Origin: Campylobacterota bacterium
GTDB lineage: Bacteria > Campylobacterota > Campylobacteria > Campylobacterales > Arcobacteraceae
Direction of reading: 5' to 3'
DNA: 39,913 nt
Assembly (NCBI GenBank): GCA_034658775.1
Contig: JAYEFX010000050.1
Span: 1 to 39,913, forward strand
Of this stretch, positions 18,297 to 27,161 are shown piece by piece. The translations under genes were made by a program, and so were the position numbers. A model generated the notes under the pieces. It did not search any database and was not told the DNA's origin. It was given only the letters and a program-made list of their open reading frames with translations. How positions within the stretch are numbered: position 1 is the first letter of the stretch; each line of letters begins with the position of its first letter.

Positions 18297-19829
18297 CTAT
18301 ACCTTATCTATTTTTTCATTAATAAATTCCATAAATGGAATAATATTATTATGATTACTAGCTTGTTCTAATGCCTGCATATATCTTTGTCTTTCATCTT
18401 TTTTGATAATTATCCAAGGTTGCCCATACGATACCAATATACAATTCATTATAAATCTTGATATTCTTCCATTTCCATCTACATATGGATGAATAAATCC
18501 AAAAATAAAATGTCCCAAAATTGCTTTAGATAAAATATTTTCATCTTTTTTAATAACTTCAAAATATTTCTCCATAGAATCAAGTACAGCTTCTTTTGGA
18601 GGTGGGACATGCTCTGAGCCTCTTAAGTATATAGCGGTATTTCTATAGCCAATTAAATCACTTGCTTTGAGAATATTAGCTTGTACACTTGGCAAGAATA
18701 ACTTTTTATATAGTTTAGATTGTAAATCTGAAATATTATTTTCAATTTTTTCTTTTGATTCTAAACACTCTATGATATGTGACTTTAACTCTTCAAAGGC
18801 TTCAAAGTATCCTTTTGCGGCAAGAGCGTCACGAGTTTCTTTATCCTCTTCATTTTGTGCTGGATCCCAATTCTCATGTTTAATCTTTTCTATAAGTTCT
18901 GTTGTTACTTTGTATCCCTCTATAGATAAAGAGTGATAAGCATCTTGAGTATATTTTTCGTCCAATTCAGATAGTAGAATTTTTATATCTATTTTTTTTG
19001 CCTTAACATTACTATTCAATTCATTTATATTAGTAGAATATTTTTTCCATAACTCTTCAACTCGTGCTGCATAAGGACTTCTTAGTAATTGAGTACTATC
19101 AAATATAGGTTTTGTAGTATGAAAGGGATTAAAAGGAGTGATTTTAGGTCCAACTAATGAGGTATAGGTATCACTTATATTCTTGGCATCTTTTTCTCTT
19201 CCTAGATAAGTATAAGCACCAGATAATCTTGCTGCGGAAGTATCCATTCTTTTAAGGCTAATAAGCGAGTTAATTACTGTTGATACATCGCGAACTGATT
19301 TTAATGCTATTTCCATTTCTAAAGGATTATTTATAAAACTATTATTATCACTTTTACATAATGCATCTTCAATTCTAAAAATATTGACATCTCTTCTTTT
19401 ATCAAAATCTTTTGGAAAATTATGTTTATCTTCATATACAAACAGACTCATATTATTAGGAAGTTTAGTGGTTGATGATGATGGTCCTTTCTTTATTATT
19501 ACTGTTAACTGTTTTGGGATGGAGTTTTTTTCGGTATGAAGCATTAATGAGTCATGAGGATTTAAACAGTATCCATTTTTCCCAAATCTGTCACTTAAAT
19601 ATTTTGAAAAGAATAACCATGCATTTATGTACCAAACAGTTGTATCTCCTGATTGTGTACTTGGATCTTGTATACAATACCAACCTTTAACTATTGAAAA
19701 TAGATAGTCATTTTCTTTTAGTATTGTTATACTTTTGGCATCAAGCTTTTCTGATTTAAATACATTCCCTTCTTTCTCTTGTATCTTCCGTAAAGAGGAT
19801 AGTGCTTTTGCAAGAATTTTATTAATCAT
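18297..19829 (-). CDS. Fic-domain protein (510 aa) with an AbiEi-like N-terminal module and an intramolecular inhibitory motif
   Basis: Fic active-site motif HPYVDGNGR at aa 447-455 (nt 18465-18491, back-translated and verified). Inhibitory-helix motif SLSIEG at aa 300-305 (nt 18915-18932). N-terminal pattern LFSIVKGWYCIQDP / GYCLNPHDSLMLHTEKNSIPKQLTVIIKKG / IFRIEDALCK. AGGAA RBS 6 nt upstream of the ATG. Confidence 0.9.
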   Translation of the reverse strand: MINKILAKALSSLRKIQEKEGNVFKSEKLDAKSITILKENDYLFSIVKGWYCIQDPSTQSGDTTVWYINAWLFFSKYLSDRFGKNGYCLNPHDSLMLHTEKNSIPKQLTVIIKKGPSSSTTKLPNNMSLFVYEDKHNFPKDFDKRRDVNIFRIEDALCKSDNNSFINNPLEMEIALKSVRDVSTVINSLISLKRMDTSAARLSGAYTYLGREKDAKNISDTYTSLVGPKITPFNPFHTTKPIFDSTQLLRSPYAARVEELWKKYSTNINELNSNVKAKKIDIKILLSELDEKYTQDAYHSLSIEGYKVTTELIEKIKHENWDPAQNEEDKETRDALAAKGYFEAFEELKSHIIECLESKEKIENNISDLQSKLYKKLFLPSVQANILKASDLIGYRNTAIYLRGSEHVPPPKEAVLDSMEKYFEVIKKDENILSKAILGHFIFGFIHPYVDGNGRISRFIMNCILVSYGQPWIIIKKDERQRYMQALEQASNHNNIIPFMEFINEKIDKV

Positions 19830-19842
19830 TTTAAATTCCTTG

Positions 19843-19905
19843 TATTTACATGTTTATATTGTATCATAAATACATGGTTTATCAAATTATATTTACATGT
19901 TTATA
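19843..19905 (-). repeat. three phased operator-like repeats in the fic promoter
   Basis: Perfect 16-bp direct repeat TATTTACATGTTTATA at 19843-19858 and 19890-19905. A degenerate middle copy (ATAAATACATGGTTTAT) is centred at 19871-19876. The TACATG cores start at 19847, 19871 and 19894 (24 and 23 bp apart). Each unit is an imperfect palindrome (TATnnACATGTnnATA). Confidence 0.65.
19858..19866 (-). promoter_or_regulatory. putative extended -10 promoter of fic (TGaTACAAT)
   Basis: The minus strand reads TGATACAAT about 29 nt upstream of the ATG. The predicted transcription start falls inside the proximal repeat. The TGnTAnAAT form is the usual promoter shape in Campylobacterota. Confidence 0.45.
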
Positions 19906-20120
19906 ACTTTCTTAGGTAGAAACATAACGTTTGTCGTAACCAATAATTTTCCCGCTATGCTAAATTATTGCGTTCCTCATACTTATTAAGTGATCTATTG
20001 TAAAATATCATGTTTTTTAGATCTTAAAACTCAATAAGATATGATTTTGATGCATGATTTATACCTGTATATAGATCATTCCTCACTCCCAAATGAAGAG
20101 ACTTAGAATGATCGTAAGTG

Positions 20121-20656
20121 TTATTTTTTAGCTAATATTGCGTCAATATCGCTACGAATTTGTGATTGGGCAACCATACCTGAATACATCTGTCGCACAA
20201 CCCCTTTTTGATCAAATAAGATCATGAAAGGGATCATCCCTTTCCATTGGGCTGCACTCATAATAAATCCTGTAAAATCTTGCATATCGGGATGATCTGC
20301 AACTTGATAATTTAACTTTTTTTCTTTAATAAATGCATTTAACTCTTCAGGGCTCATTGGTTTTTGAACCTGTAAAGCAATAATTTCAAAATCTTTTTTA
20401 TAATCATCTTGAATCTCAATCAAATGAGGGATCTCCATCAAACAAGGGGGACACTTTTTACCAAAAAAGTTGAGTAAAATAACTTTCCCTTTTGCCTCTT
20501 TAAAATCTAAACCCGCTTCACTGGCTGTTATATTTATCTGCTTCCCATTTGAGTCAGGGAAAGAAAAATCATACGATGTTGGTGCTGGCTCTTGCGCCAT
20601 TAAGGAGGAAGAGATAATAAGTGCAATGCTAAATAAAAATAGTTGTATTTTCTTCA

Positions 20657-20657
<1 letters not shown>
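20121..20657 (-). CDS. TlpA/ResA-like periplasmic thiol:disulfide oxidoreductase
   Basis: Signal peptide MKKIQLFLFSIALIISSSLMA and a thioredoxin-fold CPPC motif (FFGKKCPPCLMEIPHL). The start overlaps the thiC stop by 1 nt (TAATG). Confidence 0.8.
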
Positions 20658-22015
<1,358 letters not shown>

Positions 22016-22044
22016 CTAAAATATCCTATTTAAATTTTATGCAG

Positions 22045-22053
22045 ATTATACCA
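22045..22053 (-). promoter_or_regulatory. putative extended -10 promoter of thiC (TGGTATAAT)
   Basis: The minus strand reads TGGTATAAT, ending 29 nt upstream of the thiC ATG, with an AGGA RBS in between. Confidence 0.45.
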
Positions 22054-22227
22054 AAAATAGTTTAGTTTCTCTTAATATTCCAAACTAGCTGGACATTTTT
22101 AGACAAAGATTATTCAAACTTCTACAGTTTTTTTACATATTTAGCACATTTTTAAGTCGCATTAAAGAGTTATGGAAGCCATTTTTAAGTACAATACGTA
22201 ACTTTTTTACACACTTAAGGAGTTTAT

Positions 22228-23364
22228 TTGTCACAAAACATATCATTGGTGATACTTTGTGCTGGAAATTCAACCCGTTTTGGACTTGATACCAAAAAGC
22301 AATGGTTACGAATTGAACATGCGCCATTATGGCACTTTGTAATGCAAAAATTGCGTCACTACTATGGATTTGATTCCGTGATAGTTACTGCACATAAAGA
22401 TGAAGTTAACTACATGCACAATTTTATTGATGATTCAAACATCAGAATTGTAGCAGGTGGAAACACACGACAAGAATCGATGAAAAACGCTTTACAGCAC
22501 ATAGACACTTCTCATGTAATGGTTACGGATGTAGCACGTGCCTGCATTAGTGAACAAAATATTTTGAATCTGATCAAACATATCGATGATGCCGATTGTA
22601 TTGTCCCTTTTATGTCCGTAAGCGATACGGTCATTTTTGAAAATTCTACTATCGATCGAGATGAAGTAAAACTGATCCAAACACCCCAATTATCAAAAAC
22701 ATCCATTTTAAAAAATGCGCTAGAATGTAACACTCACTATACAGATGACAGCTCTGCTATTCAATCAGCAGGGGGAACAATTAAGTATGTAGTAGGGGAG
22801 CAGTGTGCAAAAAAGCTCACTCATGCAAAAGATTTGCAAGATTTATCTTGCCTTAATGCCCCCTCTCCCAATACCTTTACCGGATTTGGTTACGATGTGC
22901 ATCAATTTGAACAAAACAAACCGATGTTGTTGGGGGGAGTAACTCTTGATGTTGCGTATGGATTCAAAGCACACAGCGATGGAGATGTTCTTATTCACTC
23001 TATCATTGATGCACTTTTAGGTGCTTGCGGAGCAGGAGATATTGGAGAATTTTTTCCAGATACAGATGCGCATTATAAAAATGCCAATTCAGCAAAGCTG
23101 CTCACACACATCACAACTTTTATCCGTAATATAGGGTATGAAATTATCAATATTGATGTGAGCATTATTGCCGAACAGCCCAAAATAACCCCTTATAAAA
23201 GCAGCATTAAAGAAAATCTGTCAACACTTTTAAACCTACCCAAACAATTTATCAATATAAAAGCTTCCACTTCTGAGAAAATGGGATTTATTGGGAAAAA
23301 AGAAGGCGTTGCAGTGCACAGCATTGCAACATTAAAATACTATAACTGGAGAACACAATCATGA
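22228..23364 (+). CDS. ispDF: bifunctional 2-C-methyl-D-erythritol 4-phosphate cytidylyltransferase / MEcPP synthase
   Basis: TTG start with AAGGAG 5 nt upstream. The IspD N-terminus is LVILCAGNSTRF. The IspF half has GYDVHQF...HSDGDVLIHSIIDALLGA. The fused form is typical of Campylobacterota. Confidence 0.95.
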   Translation: MSQNISLVILCAGNSTRFGLDTKKQWLRIEHAPLWHFVMQKLRHYYGFDSVIVTAHKDEVNYMHNFIDDSNIRIVAGGNTRQESMKNALQHIDTSHVMVTDVARACISEQNILNLIKHIDDADCIVPFMSVSDTVIFENSTIDRDEVKLIQTPQLSKTSILKNALECNTHYTDDSSAIQSAGGTIKYVVGEQCAKKLTHAKDLQDLSCLNAPSPNTFTGFGYDVHQFEQNKPMLLGGVTLDVAYGFKAHSDGDVLIHSIIDALLGACGAGDIGEFFPDTDAHYKNANSAKLLTHITTFIRNIGYEIINIDVSIIAEQPKITPYKSSIKENLSTLLNLPKQFINIKASTSEKMGFIGKKEGVAVHSIATLKYYNWRTQS

Positions 23365-24257
23365 ATATTTTAATCATTGATGATGAAATTTATTTAGCAC
23401 AAAAAGTGCTTTCACGACTTTTAGAAGAGGGACACAGTTGCGATACTGTTATGACTTCACACGATATTAACGAAAATAAAAAATACGATACAATTTTACT
23501 CTCAACAAACCTTTCAAGTACAGAATGCGATAAGATTATTAAAAAATACAAAGATGCCATTATCATTTTATTGGTCACCTATATTTCTGATGCTACTGTA
23601 ACCAACCCTATAAAAGCAGGAGCTGATGATTATTTGGTAAAACCATTTATGATGGATGAGCTAATTCGAAAAATTCATCACTATGCCCAGTTTAAAGCAC
23701 TTAAAGAGCAAGTCGCCATGAACGATAGCTATTTTGACTTTTTATTTTGTGATGTTGATCTTCCTTGTGATGAAAACCAATGCAAATTTCCAATTTTAAT
23801 AGAAACCAATGATCAAAAATATGCAGATAAGTTGCTCTTCTCTATCGCACGAAGAGTGGATTTACCTATCCACTTTGTTTCTCTTTCCTTGCAAAATTAC
23901 ACGGACAGTTTTAGTCAGTACACAGATCATATCATCTACTTAACCCAGTACCATAATCTTAAAAAATCAGCAAAAGACCTGCTGCTTAAGAATTTACAAA
24001 ACCACAACTATATTATTTGTTCCATGGATAATGAAAATGAATTTGATGGGCAAAAAGTTCAAATGAAAAATGACAATCAGTTGGTCACCAGTGATAACAT
24101 CATGACCATCAATGATTATGTAAAACTTATGGTATTGTCTTTTCAGTCAAAATATCCCGATACCGAACTGTCTAAAAAACTTGGTATTTCCCGTAAATCA
24201 CTTTGGGAAAAACGTAAAAAAATGGGTATTGAAAAAACAAAATCCAAAAGCAGTTAA
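23361..24257 (+). CDS. HP1021-type atypical (orphan) response regulator with a C-terminal HTH
   Basis: Receiver-like N-terminus MNILIIDDE...DTILLS(48)TNL...DDYLVKPF, with Ser where the phospho-acceptor Asp should be. The C-terminus LSKKLGISRKSLWEKRKKMGI is a Fis-type HTH. The start overlaps the ispDF stop (ATGA). The position next to ispDF matches H. pylori HP1020/HP1021 (from memory). Confidence 0.75.
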   Translation: MNILIIDDEIYLAQKVLSRLLEEGHSCDTVMTSHDINENKKYDTILLSTNLSSTECDKIIKKYKDAIIILLVTYISDATVTNPIKAGADDYLVKPFMMDELIRKIHHYAQFKALKEQVAMNDSYFDFLFCDVDLPCDENQCKFPILIETNDQKYADKLLFSIARRVDLPIHFVSLSLQNYTDSFSQYTDHIIYLTQYHNLKKSAKDLLLKNLQNHNYIICSMDNENEFDGQKVQMKNDNQLVTSDNIMTINDYVKLMVLSFQSKYPDTELSKKLGISRKSLWEKRKKMGIEKTKSKSS

Positions 24258-24260
24258 ACC

Positions 24261-24731
24261 ATGAACATGCGAAAGTTTTTTTTAACCGTTGGGTACAGTG
24301 GTCTTAGTCCAAAAGCACCAGGTACCGTAGGAAGTTTTGTCTCCTTACTCATCGCCCTTGCGCTTCTTCCTTATGTGCATCTATCCACCCTATTTTTACT
24401 CGCCCTTCTTATTACCGTGATTGCCGTAAAGCAAATCGATATTTATGAAAAAGACGTAGGCATTCATGATGGAAAAGAGATCGTTATTGATGAGCTTGCA
24501 GGGATGTGGATAGCACTTAGTATCTCTGGAGCTACTACAGATAACTGGCTTATACCAGCCATTTTATCTTTTATGTTTTTTCGTCTTTTTGATATTTGGA
24601 AACCCTCTATCATAGGAAAGATAGATCGCAATGTAAAAGGTGGCTGGGGAGTGATGGGGGATGACCTATTAGCAGGTATCTTTGGTGGTATTTGTGCGGC
24701 TGCAATATATGGAATTTACCTAAACTTTTAA
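24261..24731 (+). CDS. pgpA: phosphatidylglycerophosphatase A
   Basis: GLSPKAPGTVGS...DEL.GMW...FFRLFDIWKP...GWGVMGDDLLAG matches PgpA over its full length. Confidence 0.85.
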   Translation: MNMRKFFLTVGYSGLSPKAPGTVGSFVSLLIALALLPYVHLSTLFLLALLITVIAVKQIDIYEKDVGIHDGKEIVIDELAGMWIALSISGATTDNWLIPAILSFMFFRLFDIWKPSIIGKIDRNVKGGWGVMGDDLLAGIFGGICAAAIYGIYLNF

Positions 24732-24787
24732 TAATAACTAAAAAGGTTTTTTGATACAATAATATATTATTTGTTAGAGGAGTTAGT

Positions 24788-25804
24788 GTGTCAAAATATG
24801 TAATTGCATGTATCGAAAGCGATATTGAGGTTTTAGATACGTTATACAATAAGATTTCACGCATTGTAGATTCAGACTACATTATTCAAAGCTATGTTAA
24901 TGCAGAACAAGCACTCATTGGGTGTTATAATTACATCATCACTGGAAGTGAGATTCTAATTACAATCACAGGAAATAATACTTCTGCACTTACATGTGAA
25001 GACTTTATTTTACAATTGTATAAGCACTCACCCAGCACAAAAAATATTCTATTTAATGATATTCTTACCGTACAATGTATGGAAAAGCTTATCAATGAAG
25101 CCAGTATACATAAAGTTATACCAAGAGATTTTAATAAAATTGATTTTGAACTCATGCTTCTAGAAACCATTGGTCTTAATGCCCAAGAGAAAAGGTTAAA
25201 AGAGTATCAACATGTTATTGAATCTGCTGTTGATAAACGAACCAAAGAGCTGCATGATATCAATGTTAAACTGGAGATCTTGGCTACTACAGATTCATTG
25301 TCAGGTGTTAAAAATAGACGTAGTTTTTTTGAATCATGCCGACCAATGATCCATTATACACGAAGAGAGCGTAAAAAGTTGGCCGTTTTGATGATGGATA
25401 TAGATAGATTTAAATCCGTTAATGATCTATACGGTCACTCTGTTGGAGATGAAGTACTTAAACTTATGGCAACCACTACCAATACACTTTTACGCTCATC
25501 CGATATCTTTGCGCGTATGGGTGGGGAAGAGTTTGCAGCGGTGCTTCCTGGGACATCACAACGTGGCGCAATGAAAGCAGCCCAAAACATTCGTCAAGAG
25601 ATTGAAAACCTCTGCTACACAACTACGCAAGATCAAAAGATCACCTTTACCGTAAGTATTGGTGTTGCCATATTACAAGCTACTGATGCTGAATTAGAAG
25701 TGATTTTGCATCGTGCTGATTTAGCTTTATACGAAGCCAAACAAACAGGAAGAAATAAGGTGGTACTAGCACCAGAAGATCTGCACGAAGAGTTGCAAGC
25801 ATAA
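24788..25804 (+). CDS. diguanylate cyclase (GGDEF) with an N-terminal pseudo-receiver domain
   Basis: GTG start with GAGGAG 5 nt upstream. GGEEF at aa 245-249 and an RSSD I-site exactly 5 residues upstream (nt 25493-25534). The N-terminal 120 aa are REC-like but lack the acceptor Asp (ILITITGNN). Confidence 0.85.
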   Translation: MSKYVIACIESDIEVLDTLYNKISRIVDSDYIIQSYVNAEQALIGCYNYIITGSEILITITGNNTSALTCEDFILQLYKHSPSTKNILFNDILTVQCMEKLINEASIHKVIPRDFNKIDFELMLLETIGLNAQEKRLKEYQHVIESAVDKRTKELHDINVKLEILATTDSLSGVKNRRSFFESCRPMIHYTRRERKKLAVLMMDIDRFKSVNDLYGHSVGDEVLKLMATTTNTLLRSSDIFARMGGEEFAAVLPGTSQRGAMKAAQNIRQEIENLCYTTTQDQKITFTVSIGVAILQATDAELEVILHRADLALYEAKQTGRNKVVLAPEDLHEELQA

Positions 25805-25838
25805 AAAAAGACAAAGATGCTATACCTTTGTCTTTTTT
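25803..25838. terminator. bidirectional rho-independent terminator between the GGDEF gene (+) and purM (-)
   Basis: AAAAAAAGACAAAG-ATGCTATAC-CTTTGTCTTTTTT. This is a 9-bp stem flanked by an A-run and a T-run. Confidence 0.8.
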
Positions 25839-25855
25839 ACACTTTTTAATTACAT

Positions 25856-26851
25856 CTATATAAGATCAACGCCTTTTTCACCTTGAGCAATTTGACCAAT
25901 AATATATCCATCTGTATTTTTTAATACCTCTTCAACATTACTAGGATTTACGACAAGGATCATCCCTACTCCCATATTAAAAGCTCTAAACATCTCAGAC
26001 TCTTCCACATGCTGTCCCATTAATTCAAAAATAGGCAAAATTCGGATATCTTCTTTATTGACAACTGCTTTTAAATTATCCGGTAATACTCGAGGTAAAT
26101 TCTCAACTATTCCACCACCTGTAATATGTGCCAATGCATTAATGTGCTTTTTATTTTTCTTAAACTCATCAACGTAAATTCGAGTAGGTTCAAGTAAAGT
26201 ATCAATCAAGGGTTTTCCATTAAAATCGTCGTCAAATTTCATCCCCAATGTATCAAATAAAAGTTTTCGAACCAGTGAAAATCCATTTGAATGAATACCA
26301 CTACTTGGTAAAGCAATTAGAATATCTCCACTTTTAACCTCCTGAACTCTATTCATTTCAGATTTTTCGGCAATTCCTACACAAAAACCAGCAAGATCAA
26401 AATCGCCATCACTGTACATCCCTGGCATCTCTGCTGTTTCTCCACCAATAAGTGCACATTGACTTTGAATACACCCTTGCGCTATCCCCTTGACAACTGC
26501 TGTTGCTTCGTCTACTTCAAGCTTTGCCGTTGCGTAATAATCCAAGAAAAACAGAGGTTCACCAAAATTACAAATCAGATCATTTGAACACATTGCTACT
26601 AAATCAATACCAACCGTATCAAACTTTTGACTCTCTATGGCCAATTTTAATTTGGTTCCAACACCATCCGTTCCAGCTAAAATAACAGGCTCTTTGTATC
26701 CAGTAGGAAGCTCAAATGCACCTGCAAAAGAACCAATCCCACCTAGAACACCAGGAATCATCGTCGATTTTACATGCGGTTTAATATTTTCAACAAAACT
26801 GTTTCCCGCATCAATATCAACACCGGCATCTTTATATGAAAGCGTACTCAT
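25856..26851 (-). CDS. purM: phosphoribosylformylglycinamidine cyclo-ligase (AIR synthetase)
   Basis: MSTLSYKDAGVDIDAGN...GTDGVGTKL...GGETAEMPG. Classic PurM. Confidence 0.95.
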   Translation of the reverse strand: MSTLSYKDAGVDIDAGNSFVENIKPHVKSTMIPGVLGGIGSFAGAFELPTGYKEPVILAGTDGVGTKLKLAIESQKFDTVGIDLVAMCSNDLICNFGEPLFFLDYYATAKLEVDEATAVVKGIAQGCIQSQCALIGGETAEMPGMYSDGDFDLAGFCVGIAEKSEMNRVQEVKSGDILIALPSSGIHSNGFSLVRKLLFDTLGMKFDDDFNGKPLIDTLLEPTRIYVDEFKKNKKHINALAHITGGGIVENLPRVLPDNLKAVVNKEDIRILPIFELMGQHVEESEMFRAFNMGVGMILVVNPSNVEEVLKNTDGYIIGQIAQGEKGVDLI

Positions 26852-27057
26852 TAGGCTTTTGATTCAGTTTCTGGTTGTTCAATGTCGCATTTTTTTGTAA
26901 TGATACAAAGGGGACAAAAATCAGCTAATCCAGCAATCAGAGGAATAACTCCCAAATAAAACCATGGGTTGCTCAAGAAAAAACCAACGGCAATCAAAAT
27001 TAACCCCAATGCGATTCTAAACTTTCGACAAAATGCTCTAATTTTGTTATAATTCAT
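26851..27057 (-). CDS. DUF2892 (YgaP-like) small membrane protein
   Basis: 68 aa with two TM helices and a C-terminal ...GLADFCPLC motif typical of DUF2892. The stop overlaps the purM start by 1 nt. Confidence 0.6.
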   Translation of the reverse strand: MNYNKIRAFCRKFRIALGLILIAVGFFLSNPWFYLGVIPLIAGLADFCPLCIITKKCDIEQPETESKA

Positions 27058-27106
27058 ATATATCCTTTAATTTAATTTATTAATTCATTGTATTTTAAAA
27101 AATCTT

Positions 27107-27115
27107 TGGTATTAT
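27107..27115 (+). promoter_or_regulatory. putative extended -10 promoter (TGGTATTAT) of the speE-like/coaE/dapF operon
   Basis: TGGTATTAT ends 46 nt upstream of the ATG at 27162. An AAAGAAAGG RBS region follows. Confidence 0.4.
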
Positions 27116-27161
27116 AGCGAATAATTAACTAATACAATATAAAAAGAAAGGCTTAAATAGC

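Noticed and set aside
18256-19954. A possible att-like direct repeat flanking fic: GTAACCTTATTTTCTCC at 18259-18275 versus GTAACCAATAATTTTCCC at 19936-19953.
   Set aside because: Only a 6-mer plus a T-run match, and an indel is required. That is not distinguishable from chance in AT-rich DNA. No integrase, tRNA or inverted terminal repeats support a mobile-element border.
22016-22227. An expected TPP (THI-box) riboswitch upstream of thiC.
   Set aside because: The conserved elements (CTGAGA, ACCTGA..., G-rich P1-P3 stems) are absent on the relevant strand. The region is almost pure AT and is shared with the divergent ispDF promoter and RBS. The absence is reported as a low-interest finding rather than as a feature.
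22133-22327. A 64-aa minus-strand ORF spanning the thiC-ispDF intergenic region and the ispDF start.
   Set aside because: It begins inside ispDF on the antisense strand, has no RBS, and its product has no recognisable features. Its coordinates overlap the ispDF RBS and start region on the + strand.
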